Assembly (NCBI RefSeq): GCF_001194135.2 | Contig: NC_068983.1 | Location: 135,666,210 to 135,730,209, forward strand | Direction of reading: 5' to 3' | Length of the DNA: 64,000 bases | DNA from: Octopus bimaculoides | Taxonomy: Eukaryota | Shown here: piece after piece, positions 27,518 to 39,727 of the stretch | Layout of the letters: the number at the start of each line of letters is the position of its first letter | How positions within the stretch are numbered: position 1 is the stretch's first letter | The notes under the pieces: model-generated | The model's input: only the letters and a program-made list of their open reading frames with translations | The model's database searches: none | Told to the model about the DNA's origin: nothing | Position numbers and translations under genes: made by a program

Positions 27518-30500
27518 AACACACACAATATATATATATATATATATATACAAACACACACAATATATATATATACATACACACACACACAATTTACGAG
27601 AACAACTCATCTATTCAATTCCACGTTTTCTACCCGGCAACCTGGCTATTCACCTTTACTCGAACGCCTTTGGGCAATGAATAATTTGTTCTCACATCCC
27701 AATTCTCATATCCTATAAATATGAATACCTTGCACCTTTACAAAATATCAGTATTCTACCCTTTATTTTAAATATTTAATCTATCCTAAGCATTTCCTCT
27801 AACAGTTATGAGAGAAAGACTTCAGTAATTTAAATAAGATTTCTGAATAGTCGAAAAACTATATATCACACACATTTAAATGTACAAAAGGGAGTACGAG
27901 TACTTCGTTACTTGAAAGCTCGTCATAACGAGAAACTCTGATTAGCGACAGAGTGAATCATCAGCTTTGAACGAATACGCGCACGCGCGCAATAAAGCAG
28001 GGATGGGAATAGATATATTGACTATGCCCTCAATCTTTGCCAATATTTGATTGTTTATTTCGAGCAAGGAGACTAGGAAGAAAGAGGCAGATAAATAAAG
28101 CAGTTTAAGTTAAACTCCAACTAATAACTATAGGCAACATAAATGATAGAGCCATCCCTCCCACTCACCAATTTACATATAGTATCAGCAGAAAGAATTT
28201 ATTGAGGGAGGGGGTAACTGGGAGAAGGCAGATGAAAACAAGGCTTTTTTTCTTTGGTTGTAACTGCTAAGCTTCGAAAATACGACGGTTAATCGTATAT
28301 AATAATTTGTCCTTCCTAAATATAATTTATCCCTTCAACTACAGTTGAAGCAAGCAAAGTGAGAGAACGTACAATCATGTAAGTTATTTGCATACCAGAG
28401 GCAAATCAATGAAGCATAAAAGGCCTGGCGTGCATGAAAACCTAGTTTCATTAACTTCATTGGTGAGAATAAACATCGTTTAAGAGAAAAGTTAGTTAAG
28501 TCGGAGATCCGAGGTCAAATATAGTTCAAATTTAACATACACAACCGGTCCGAATTCAGTCACAGCAACCAGCTGTGAACGTAACCATTTAATTTAAAAG
28601 CACATACACTACTCGATTAAGAAACCGGGGTGCGGCTACATTACTTGAAGAAAACAATAAACAAAAGCATGAAACGAGAACGGGATGTTGGGGTACAGAC
28701 AGTAGTGATAAAGTCAGCATAAGATGCTGCTTTGTAATTTAATAAAAATCGACGAAAACACAGCAGCAGATTGATGATTGTAGTGGCGGGGTAGTAGTTT
28801 CATTACTAACTACCCTGCACATCCTAGTCATTAAACCAGGAGAAATGACACCATAATAATTACACAACATTATTTCCCACTAAACTGCCAACAGGTTTAC
28901 ATAATATCGAAATATTAAAAAAATTTTCTTTGCCATATTGACTGTTGGGACATGCTTTTAAGAACTTGTGGTTACAGAAATCAAAGAATACAGGCATCAT
29001 TTAAAAGTATCAAATGTAAGTTTTGAAAAAGTGTATCATGCGAAATATCTGAACTAAACAAGGTAATGACATCAGTTAATAAAATTTACATAATCGCCTA
29101 ACTGTCTCAAGTAGGAAATAATCCCAGCTTTTTAAGGAGAAGGAGATTCTATCACTTTCTAGCAGGTGCATGTATGTGTCAACCTCGGGTAAATTACACA
29201 TGAAGACTTATTACAATGAGTCAGTGAATGCATCTTGATCGACTATATAAAATTTAGTTCGCGTGCTCATATGGCAGCTAGACAGGTCAGTCATGAACTA
29301 TAAACAACTCGAGACCAACGCCCTGTTCAGATACATGTGTACACACGGAAATATGATTTTATTAGACAAGTTTTGAATTCCACTTACCTCCAACCACAAC
29401 CAACTTATATTCAGTCATCAGGCAGTCGTAGCTTCCAACGTTCTTAACACTTTCAGGGAGATAATTCTCTCTCAATATGCAAATAAAATATATTTACTAT
29501 AAATATATAATCCTTTTTTTTTTTTAGTGACTTCTTCAATCGTGTACTCCTTCGAAAATAGAAAGAAAGAAAAAAAAATCAGTAATATACTATATGAATA
29601 TGAATGCAAACAAAAAGAATTTTTTAATTGGCTATCGCGACACAAAATCAGTGCAAGGGTAAATCTAAATCTTTACTCGTCGTTCTCCTTAATTTTATAA
29701 TATTAAATTTTCTATTCCTGATTTGTTTTAAGGAAAAATAAATATATCAGATACACGCAAACAAACCTTTGGATAAAACCCGCCAACTCGTGGAAAGAAA
29801 GCAGCGAGTTTTAAGTTTGGTAGGGAGGTGAAGCGTGAGTCGGGGTGTGAAATTTAAATTGTAATGTGAAGATGGTTCAGTTTTAAGTAGTCCATGTTGT
29901 GGTGTCAAGCAATATGATTGTCTGTCGAAGCAATAACTAGCAAACAACGGTAGGAAGTAGAAACCAATACAGTAATTTTGCTTTGAAAGAAAATAACAGA
30001 AAAATGTGTCGTTATAGCAAAGTGTATTTTCCACCTTTCTTCCGTACACTAACACTTGAGTAGTAAGAAAAGGTAAATTAGAATATTATTTCAGGTGTAA
30101 ACAGATTGAACTTCTTTTAAAAGTGTTTGTGTAAAGCTAAAACTATAACACCCATCTGCAAACAATTCAGTGATATAAATATTATCTGTAAATAAAAAGT
30201 ATGTCTATAAAGCAAAGAGATGAAGAAAGCGGAGAGGTGATTTAGTAATCTTAAAGGAGAAACTAAAAAATACTATTTACTTACGAATGTTCTAGTATAG
30301 CTTTTTACTTTTCCCGCTCCAGTTTTGATTTCAATTTTTTTCTTTCTGTTCCTTAAGTCTACCCAATGTTAGAAGGAACACATTATTTACTGGAATCAAG
30401 CGCCAATCTCTTGTAACGTCCACTGCTGCCACCGTCACGATCCTGCTGCTACCTTGACTCCATGTAAACCTTAGTCAGCCAAGCTATTCTAGAGCTAATG

Positions 30501-31100
30501 CTGATTGACTTGGCCCAGTTGGGGGAGAGAAAAAAGAACACACATACACACGCTAATTACACTCAAAGAATGAACAACTAAGCACCACAGTGTGGAATGT
30601 ACTCGTAATTTCTAAGTCCCACCACGGCTGTCTAAGCGCCTACCGACGTCCTGGTTTCTTTCTGTATTGTTCCCACTCTAAAGACACACTGAAGTAGGAG
30701 GAGGTCACGCCCATACAAATCACTTCGGTACTCACTACACACGAGGGGACAACACAGGGGAAGTTACTCCGTTTCATAACGTTTTACGAGTAATTATAGA
30801 ACGAGTGCATAAAATAGAACGTTTTCAAATACGTGATAATTCTCTTGAGTGCGAAAAAATCTTTTCACGCACTCAGTTGCAGACAAACACAAATACATAA
30901 CTACACTGATATAGATAGTTACATGCATACATTTATATGTATGTATATGCACATATAAATGATCATAATTTCACACCGGTATGATTTGTGATTAAGGAAA
31001 AAAGTCAATATTGTTATTTAGAATGGAATAACATTATTTAATCAAAGCTGAGTCTGCATGAGTCTTATACGTGTGTAGCGTGCATATATGCGTGCATGCA
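24600..31100. promoter_or_regulatory. CpG-retaining, transposon-poor domain; candidate unmethylated promoter / 5' gene region
   Basis: CpG is frequent throughout this interval and scarce on both sides outside young repeats (by eye). Contains ETS-like ACCGGAAAT (25863-25871), NRF1-like CGCGCACGCGCG (27978-27989) and candidate first-exon donors at 25633(-), 30285(-) and 30072(+). Confidence 0.55.
27345..27590. repeat. Compound (TA)n/(CA)n microsatellite with recurring TACAAACACAC subunits
   Basis: Directly visible. Source of several spurious YI/HT-rich ORFs. Confidence 0.9.
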
Positions 31101-31848
31101 TGCATGCTTGCGTGCATGCATGCATGCTTGCGTGTATGTGTGTATGCATGTACCTATGCGCACGTGTATGTATATGTGTGTGTGTGTAACAGTTGGTGGT
31201 ATCATACTGGTTTGAAATACATTTAAGCAAAAGAAAATACTCTTAATGTTAGATAGATTGGATAATATTTAATCAAAGTTGAATCTCAGTGAGTCACCAC
31301 CAGGAGTTTCTCCTACCTGATCCTCAGGCAACTGATTTTATGGTTAATGAAGCTTTTTCCAGTCTAACTATGGATTAGATCTGTTTGGTTTACGCTGTTA
31401 AACCTGACAAGGATTACTGATTTCACATATGGACATTTAACATTGTTGAAACAAGAATAAAAATTTATAATAATTTCTGTAGAACAACATCTGTTGGTGA
31501 GGTGAAAATCTATAGTAAAGTTCTTTGTAAATATTCCTATGAAATATTCTAAAAAGAATTCTATTAAGAAGCCTGTAATGAATTCAAATATGATAGGTTA
31601 ACATATCAATGTAAATCATTATTTGAAACATAAGTTGCCTGTATCTTGTGCTGGCTGTTTTTAGTCAAAGAGAGCATGTTATTGACTTTATTGTAAATGT
31701 TTTTGCATTGTTTGCATAGTTTTGTTATGCACACACCTGCACATACACAGACATATATGCACACTTGCACAACTAATGTTTATACACACACGCATATGCC
31801 AGCATGGAAGGCGGATGTTAAACAATGATGATGATATATGTATGTGTG

Positions 31849-31887
<39 letters not shown>

Positions 31888-31892
31888 AATAT

Positions 31893-32059
31893 ATCATCAT
31901 CATCGTTTAACATCCGCTTTCCATGCTAGCATGGGCTGGACGATTTGACTGAGGACTGGTGAACCAGATGGCTACACCAGGCTCCAATCTGATTTGGCAG
32001 AGTTTCTACAGCTGGATGCCCTTCCTAACGCCAACCACTCCGAGAGTGTAGTGGGTGCT
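31893..32059 (-). mobile_element. Young RTE 3' tail running into gap 32060-32728
   Basis: Near-identical reverse complement of 44545-44722 and 59570-59735. Confidence 0.8.
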
Positions 32060-33098
32060 NNNNNNNNNNNNNNNNNNNNNNNNNNNNNNNNNNNNNNNNN
32101 NNNNNNNNNNNNNNNNNNNNNNNNNNNNNNNNNNNNNNNNNNNNNNNNNNNNNNNNNNNNNNNNNNNNNNNNNNNNNNNNNNNNNNNNNNNNNNNNNNNN
32201 NNNNNNNNNNNNNNNNNNNNNNNNNNNNNNNNNNNNNNNNNNNNNNNNNNNNNNNNNNNNNNNNNNNNNNNNNNNNNNNNNNNNNNNNNNNNNNNNNNNN
32301 NNNNNNNNNNNNNNNNNNNNNNNNNNNNNNNNNNNNNNNNNNNNNNNNNNNNNNNNNNNNNNNNNNNNNNNNNNNNNNNNNNNNNNNNNNNNNNNNNNNN
32401 NNNNNNNNNNNNNNNNNNNNNNNNNNNNNNNNNNNNNNNNNNNNNNNNNNNNNNNNNNNNNNNNNNNNNNNNNNNNNNNNNNNNNNNNNNNNNNNNNNNN
32501 NNNNNNNNNNNNNNNNNNNNNNNNNNNNNNNNNNNNNNNNNNNNNNNNNNNNNNNNNNNNNNNNNNNNNNNNNNNNNNNNNNNNNNNNNNNNNNNNNNNN
32601 NNNNNNNNNNNNNNNNNNNNNNNNNNNNNNNNNNNNNNNNNNNNNNNNNNNNNNNNNNNNNNNNNNNNNNNNNNNNNNNNNNNNNNNNNNNNNNNNNNNN
32701 NNNNNNNNNNNNNNNNNNNNNNNNNNNNTATATATATATATATATATATGATGATGATGATGAGCCCTATCAAATTTTTAATTACTTGTTGAGTATGCTA
32801 AGTGCATGAATAAATAAGTTAAGATGCTTTTCATGCTCCCTCCCATGTGTGTCTAATTGCCATTTATCGAATTATCTTCACAAATTATATTTCAAGTTGA
32901 GCACTTTAGAGATTTGGCAGTACTTATTTGAAAATATATAAGCTCATTTATTTTTGTAGATTCTTTCACTGATGCCTTTATATCCAGCCCCTACATTACC
33001 AGCTGGTAACTATAGTTTGAATTTACAAGATACTGTCTTTCTACATGGAGGAGTGAAAGCAAAAATAAGCATGTTTGTTACAGATGGTAACTGATGAA

Positions 33099-33137
<39 letters not shown>

Positions 33138-33289
33138 TATGTATTTATTCTATCCTAATAAATAATAATTCTGATAGAATAAATGGGTTAATAGAAACCA
33201 AGGTAGCAAAGATCACAAAATAACTGTGGTGTAATTCCTGTTGGTAAGGCAGAAACTCCTTGATATTTTGGGTATTTGAGTATATTTAA

Positions 33290-33397
33290 AAATTTAAGGA
33301 ATGGAGAAAACGCATGTTATAACTGCATACTTTATTCCGATATATGTTTTGAAGAATTACAATTTATGCGATCCATAGGAATCGGCGATGTTAAAAA
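33290..33397 (-). repeat. Inverted partial copy of the hammerhead element at 34416-34523
   Basis: 108 bp matching the reverse complement of 34416-34523 with 2 mismatches (33341, 33350). Truncated by gap 33398-33976. Confidence 0.9.
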
Positions 33398-33976
33398 NNN
33401 NNNNNNNNNNNNNNNNNNNNNNNNNNNNNNNNNNNNNNNNNNNNNNNNNNNNNNNNNNNNNNNNNNNNNNNNNNNNNNNNNNNNNNNNNNNNNNNNNNNN
33501 NNNNNNNNNNNNNNNNNNNNNNNNNNNNNNNNNNNNNNNNNNNNNNNNNNNNNNNNNNNNNNNNNNNNNNNNNNNNNNNNNNNNNNNNNNNNNNNNNNNN
33601 NNNNNNNNNNNNNNNNNNNNNNNNNNNNNNNNNNNNNNNNNNNNNNNNNNNNNNNNNNNNNNNNNNNNNNNNNNNNNNNNNNNNNNNNNNNNNNNNNNNN
33701 NNNNNNNNNNNNNNNNNNNNNNNNNNNNNNNNNNNNNNNNNNNNNNNNNNNNNNNNNNNNNNNNNNNNNNNNNNNNNNNNNNNNNNNNNNNNNNNNNNNN
33801 NNNNNNNNNNNNNNNNNNNNNNNNNNNNNNNNNNNNNNNNNNNNNNNNNNNNNNNNNNNNNNNNNNNNNNNNNNNNNNNNNNNNNNNNNNNNNNNNNNNN
33901 NNNNNNNNNNNNNNNNNNNNNNNNNNNNNNNNNNNNNNNNNNNNNNNNNNNNNNNNNNNNNNNNNNNNNNNNNNNN

Positions 33977-34013
<37 letters not shown>

Positions 34014-34390
34014 TATATACATATATATATACATACACATACACACATACATGCACATGTATACACAATTATATACACACACACACATATATATATATAT
34101 ACACACACATATACATCCAAATATACACATATATTTTTATATATATAAAAATACATTTACACAAATACGCACCCATACAAATTCACAAATACACTCATAT
34201 ATGAATATATAAAGAAACTTATGCATAAATATATCTGTGTACAAAAATGTACATACATCCAATAAAGCATACGTATATATATATTTTTATATATTTCTAA
34301 GGGTTTTTTTCAAATGAATCACGTCATAACATTATCCAACTATAGTTATCATATTCGGTCATAATGTCTTACGTTTAAGATGATTCCCAT

Positions 34391-34489
34391 GCATTTCCCT
34401 GATGAGAAGTTTACATTTTTAACATCGCCGATTCCTATGGATCGCATAAATTGTAATTCTTCGAAACATATGTCGGAATAAAGTATGCA
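34391..34489 (+). ncRNA. Type I hammerhead ribozyme with intact core (Penelope-like / retrozyme type)
   Basis: Stem I TTCC(34395-98)/GGAA(34475-78), extendable by TGCAT/ATGCA. CTGATGA at 34399-34405. Stem II GAAG/CTTC plus TTACA/TGTAA. GAAA at 34463-66. Stem III C-ATAT-G. GTC cleavage triplet at 34472-74. Confidence 0.8.
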
Positions 34490-34519
34490 GTTATAACATG
34501 CGTTTTCTCCATTCCTTAA

Positions 34520-34561
<42 letters not shown>

Positions 34562-35009
34562 TCTGTGTGTGGTTGTCTGAAATTCATTCTTTTGGGATGT
34601 TCAACAAGTTGGGGATTGTTCAATTTTTAATTAGACATTGACCATTTTAAGTGAATAATACTTTGTTTACGTAAATACATATATATATATATATGTATAG
34701 CAACAGGACAATGTTAGGCCTTGTGGGACCCTTCTGTGTGTTGTTGCTCTATGCACTTATGTATGTATATGCAAATGTATACATAGACTTATGCATACTT
34801 TTGTGTGCATACATGCACATGTCCATGAAAGCATGTGTGTATGTGAAAGTAAATGCATGTATGTACATCCATGCATACCTACAACCATCCATCCAAACAT
34901 ACACACATACATAATACATACATACACACACACACATACATACATACATACATACATACATGCATGCATGCATTCATGCATTCATGCATGTCTCTCTTGT
35001 CTGTAATTA

Positions 35010-36356
35010 TGAAAACAATAAGTATCTAAAAATTGATGAGCATGTTTCATACATTGGTTCTGTGACTAAAGCCAGAATAGAAAAAGAGTACTTCTATAGA
35101 CTCTGGAAAATATGGAACTCAAAGCTGTCTGCAGTTAACAAGACCATATCTCACAATGCTTTTGCAGTGCCAGTGCTAGTATTAACATTTGGGATATTGG
35201 ACTGGACATTTAATGGGATCTACAGTCTGGACATCAAAACTAGAAAGGTACTGACCACCGCTGGCAACTTCCACATCAACAGCGATACTGATAGGATCTA
35301 TGTAAGATGAAGTGATGGTAGTAGAGGCAGAAGGTCAGACCAAACAGCCTTTGAATCTCGCATTGCATCAGGCAAACAACACTTGAACAGTAAAGAAAGA
35401 AATGAGTGCATTCCATGCATACTCAAAAGTGAGAGCAACAGCAACTTAGAGAGTTGAAGAAGACCTACTGAGCAGGTACTCTGAGAATACACCTGTCTCA
35501 TGTGACCTAAAGGAGGCTGGGACTGGCCTACTTAAACAGAAGCTTGGGGAAGAAGCAGGCACCATACCAACAAAATGCAGTGCATGGGTACATACCCCAT
35601 AAGCTAGAGAATAACAATAGTATTGACAGGAAAAGTAGTCTCTCCTGGACCTGTTATAGATACATTACATCCCACCTTCCAGGATATGCCTTCATTATCC
35701 AGAAACAGAAACTACCTACTGAATAGCTGATAAACAAGAGAAACAAAGATACCACCAAACCTTTATGTTGCAACAGAAAATGTGGAAGCTATCACCCACA
35801 TCATAAGCAGCTGCTCCAAAATGTTTATAAGATACTACTATCTGCCCCTGAAGCATGATGTAGTTACAAAGAACAAAGACTATTTACAATGTTATTCACA
35901 GGAAGGATTGCCCTGATGCATCAAAGCATGGCAGAACCAATATGTATTCACACCTTTAAAAATAGGGAATACTAGTGGAACACTCCAATAAAAACAGCAA
36001 TTTGGTGTGAGTATAACAGACCTGATATTGTTCTATGGGACAGGGAACAAAAGTTATGCACAGTTGTAGAGGTCAGCTGCCCAGTGGATGCAAATGTATC
36101 ATCAAAAGTGCTGGAAAAAGAGAACATGTATGGTGAATTAACGTGGAACTTACAGTTCTTGTACTCTGACTATAAATTCTCATTTGTACCTATCATCATG
36201 AGTGCATTAGGCTATATACCTCCAAATTTACACAGAAACCAAGAAATACTAGGTTTTTCAAAGAAAGAACAAAAGAAACTGACATGCATTCTCCAAATCC
36301 AATCTATTAACAGCACATTGAAGATTTGTAAGACATTCTAAAGATTCTTCATCTGA
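35010..36356 (+). pseudogene. R4/Dong-type (RLE) non-LTR retrotransposon, 3' half: RT thumb, zinc knuckle remnant, restriction-like endonuclease
   Basis: KYLKIDE...KEYFYRLWKIWNSKLSAVNKTISHNAFAVPVL..FGILDW..LDIKTRKVLT..DRIYVR*SDGSRG; ITHIISSCSKM; RPDIVLW (36018-36038) and VVEVSCP of the PD-(D/E)xK nuclease; IPIIMSALG-like C-terminus. Multiple stops and frameshifts. Confidence 0.85.
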
Positions 36357-37378
36357 GATTCTTTAGATGAATAGATGCACACACTTGGATGTATGCATCA
36401 ACAAGTCAACCAATACACCTACTTAACCACATATTTACAAACACTAGTAACTCTCTGCACTCAAAGAGTTTTATCCATGACCTCTCAGTTAACTATTCAG
36501 TCCCATACTATAACACACGTGGAACCTTCCCTGCATTGGGTTTTGAGCCTGCAGTGCATTGTGGACTGCATGCCAGAGTATACTCTTGTGTAATTTTATG
36601 TATATGTTGGGTGTATTTGGTCTATACTTGTGGATGTATACTCAACTGGAAGGATTAATCCGTGCATTCTTTAGTAAGTACTTAAGTGTCTGTACACACT
36701 GTTGATACACAGGTTTGCTATCCTCAACTCTACCTTGGTGTCTTTGTTATTAAAATACTTCAATTCTATTGGATCCTGAAAATAATTTCATATATATATA
36801 TATTTATGACTCAGGGTTTGAGTCATAAAGTTCAATGTGAGAAGGCTAAATGCTAGAAAGCTGATTACAAATGACTTGAAAATCAGAACACTGACAGCTA
36901 AAAGACCAAATACAGAGAATGCTGAAGTTTGAAATATTTTATGGAAAAATATTGGAACATATTTACTTCTTCGTCCTTCTTCTATACCAGAACAACTATT
37001 CTGGAAGAAGATTGGTCTTAAAAACTTATATCAACAGTTTTGAAATGGAATACATTCAAGAAACAGTATTTGCATGTCTTTTTTTATATATATAATACTA
37101 TATCAAAATAAAGGTAAGCTTGACATAGTGAGCATCTCTGCCTACAGAAAAACATCATCGTCGTTTTAATGTCCAATTTTCAAAGCTTGCAAATGGAATA
37201 TATTGAGGTTTATTTTTTACAATCAGATGCCCTCCCTGTCACCAATCATCATCTATTTCCAAGAAAGATAATATTTCCATATGGTTAGATGTTATTTTGC
37301 ATAATATTAAAAATGAATTGCACTGCCTGCTTGTATAATACTGACACTCACAACTATCACATGATGTCAAAACAAGGA

Positions 37379-37418
<40 letters not shown>

Positions 37419-37876
37419 AGTATATGTTTGTTATTAGCACTGCAAGTAGTATTAGTTCGAAATAGTGATCTGTATATACTAATTAGTGCTAATATATTGT
37501 TGAAAATCTGATAAACTGCAATATTTGTTTCAAGAAAGCATTTTTTATAGATGTATAGTGCTAAAAAACACAGAAATATATCAGCAGCAGATATACATAT
37601 TTCAGTTTAGCAGGTTTTCAACAACATATCTGCTTTAAGTATGGTAAACAGATTGATCTATGAGTGTGTGTTTATATGTGTTTATGTGTATGTGTTCTAC
37701 AACACACATAAATGGAATGCAATAACACAATAACAGCCATGTAATGATTTACAATTGACCTGATATGATCAGCAACCTTCTTAGCAAAAGCTTTAGTTAG
37801 TACAAGCTGAAAAATATTCACATTAGTCATGGGCAACCCATAAGACTTTCTGAATGATATGCCTAATGAAATGAAA

Positions 37877-37957
37877 TTTTTCAAGAAGTGGGTTGCATGA
37901 GACATGGTTCATCACCTGATGATAAATCATGTTTCATGTAACCCACTTCTTGAAAAA
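37877..37957 (+). other. 81-nt hairpin: 33-bp unbulged stem with three G:U pairs
   Basis: 37877-37909 pairs with 37925-37957. The only non-Watson-Crick pairs are G37895:T37939, G37901:T37933 and G37907:T37927. Confidence 0.85.
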
Positions 37958-38206
37958 GCTACCCATGCTTGATTTATATCTTCTCAAATAATAATATTCA
38001 TTCAAACTTTAACCTACCATAATGTAAATTCTTTAAACAGACTCAAATCTCTTTTATTCACCCTTTACAAACTAGTGCACATGACCAGATTCATAAGATC
38101 AATATAGGTTCCTCTGTGAAAGTCTCTTAGAAAGTTTCATATTACCTAAAGAGGTTTACCTTACCAACACATGTTCTATACAAATGTTTATACATTGTTA
38201 TTAATA

Positions 38207-39727
38207 TCTTACAAGGTAATAATATCAGACCCTGTGAGTATCAACATATAATTTCTTTTTTCATTTGGATTAAAACAATATAACATCGGCACTGGTTCAG
38301 TATTATGTGTCAAAAGTGAAAGAATAAGATCTATATTGTAATGTGATATAATATTGGTTCACTTTTATTCTTTCACTTATAATTCTAACGTGATAAGCCT
38401 AAAATATTGTTTCACTATTATTCTTTCACTTTTAATTCTAATGTGATAACACTAAGATCATCTTATTTCTATTATATTTGAAATAAATGAATAATCTATA
38501 TCCTAATGTGAACAACATTATGCATCAGCAACTTTCCGTCTTTACAGCCATAACAGTGGAATGGTGTGTCAGTGTATGCCACCAAAGAAAAGACATACTC
38601 TCTCCAGAAACAAGTATAAAGCAAGGAGGATTGTAGAAACCAAAGATCAGCAAACACATGCTGCAGCACATCAAATGGAGTCTCAAGACAGAAGCAAGGT
38701 GAGACTTTCTCAAGATCAGCAAATGCATGCTGCAGCACATCAGTTGGAGTCTCAAGAGGGAAGAGAGAGATGAGACTTTTTCAAGATCAGCAAAGGCATG
38801 CTGCAGCACNNNNNNNNNNTGCATGCTGCAGCACATCAGTTGGAGTCTCAAGAGGGAAGAGAGAGATGAGACTTTTTCAAGATCAGCAAAGGCATGCTGC
38901 AGCACTTAATGCTGAATCATAAAAACGTTTTCATGATTAGACAGAAGCTCAATAGAACAGCTCTCAGAAACAGACTACATACAAATTCGCTCTTCACAAC
39001 TCGTGGAGCTGCTTTCAGATATGATCCATCCCATTCTTATACAAATGATAATTTTGTCCAAATTGGTGTGCTACACTCAAATTGTCATTTCTGCTAAGCT
39101 TTAAAATTTCCAAATGAAACTAATGGCATGTGCTGCTCAGATAGTAAGGTAAGATTGCCAGCTCCTCTTCAACCTCTTATAGATCTTCTGAAAGGCACTT
39201 TCATCCAGTCAAAAGATTTTCTGAACAATATCAGACAATACAACACTGCATTTCAAATGACATCGTTTGGTGGATCTAAGGAAATAGTTGAACATGGATT
39301 TACACCAATGTTCAAAGTTTAAAGGCAAGTCTATCAGCACATTGCTTCCCTTTTACCCAAAAATGTATGACTACAGTTCCTCCAAATTTACTTTATGAGT
39401 GATGTAGAACAACAAACCCAAAGGAGGTGTCAAAACTTCAGACAATGGGTCATGTTAGATGCAGTGCTGACTGCCATAAAGCAGAGTATATCCACTAACA
39501 GCTTTGTGGTGCATTCAAATATCACATACTCTCCACCCCCAATTTTCCATGACAGGTTAGGGCCTGGAATACTCCAACGGACTCATGACATGTCACTTAG
39601 TTAAATTAGCCCACAAATATTTTGTCATTAATACTGCACATTCCCATATCACCTGTTTCAACATAGCTGTAATATATATACAAACTATGCCATTTTAATC
39701 CTGAGCAACACCAGGTATCTCTGCTAG
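38207..39727 (+). mobile_element. Internally deleted Helitron carrying a pseudogenised RepHel N-terminus
   Basis: 5' A|TCTTA (5' boundary less certain). 3' hairpin cctgagcaacaccagg then CTAG|T (39724-39728). Protein relics: MPPKKRH..., 23-aa DQQ.HAAAHQ.ESQ repeats, CHFC*ALKFPNETNGMCC zinc finger, FLNNIRQYNTAFQMTSFG, FKV*RQVYQHIASLLP, FLQIYF. Confidence 0.9.

Noticed and set aside
38724-38905. Two identical 86-bp units either side of the 10-N gap in the Helitron repeat region
   Set aside because: Exact identity around a minimal gap suggests an unmerged contig overlap, so the repeat count is unreliable.
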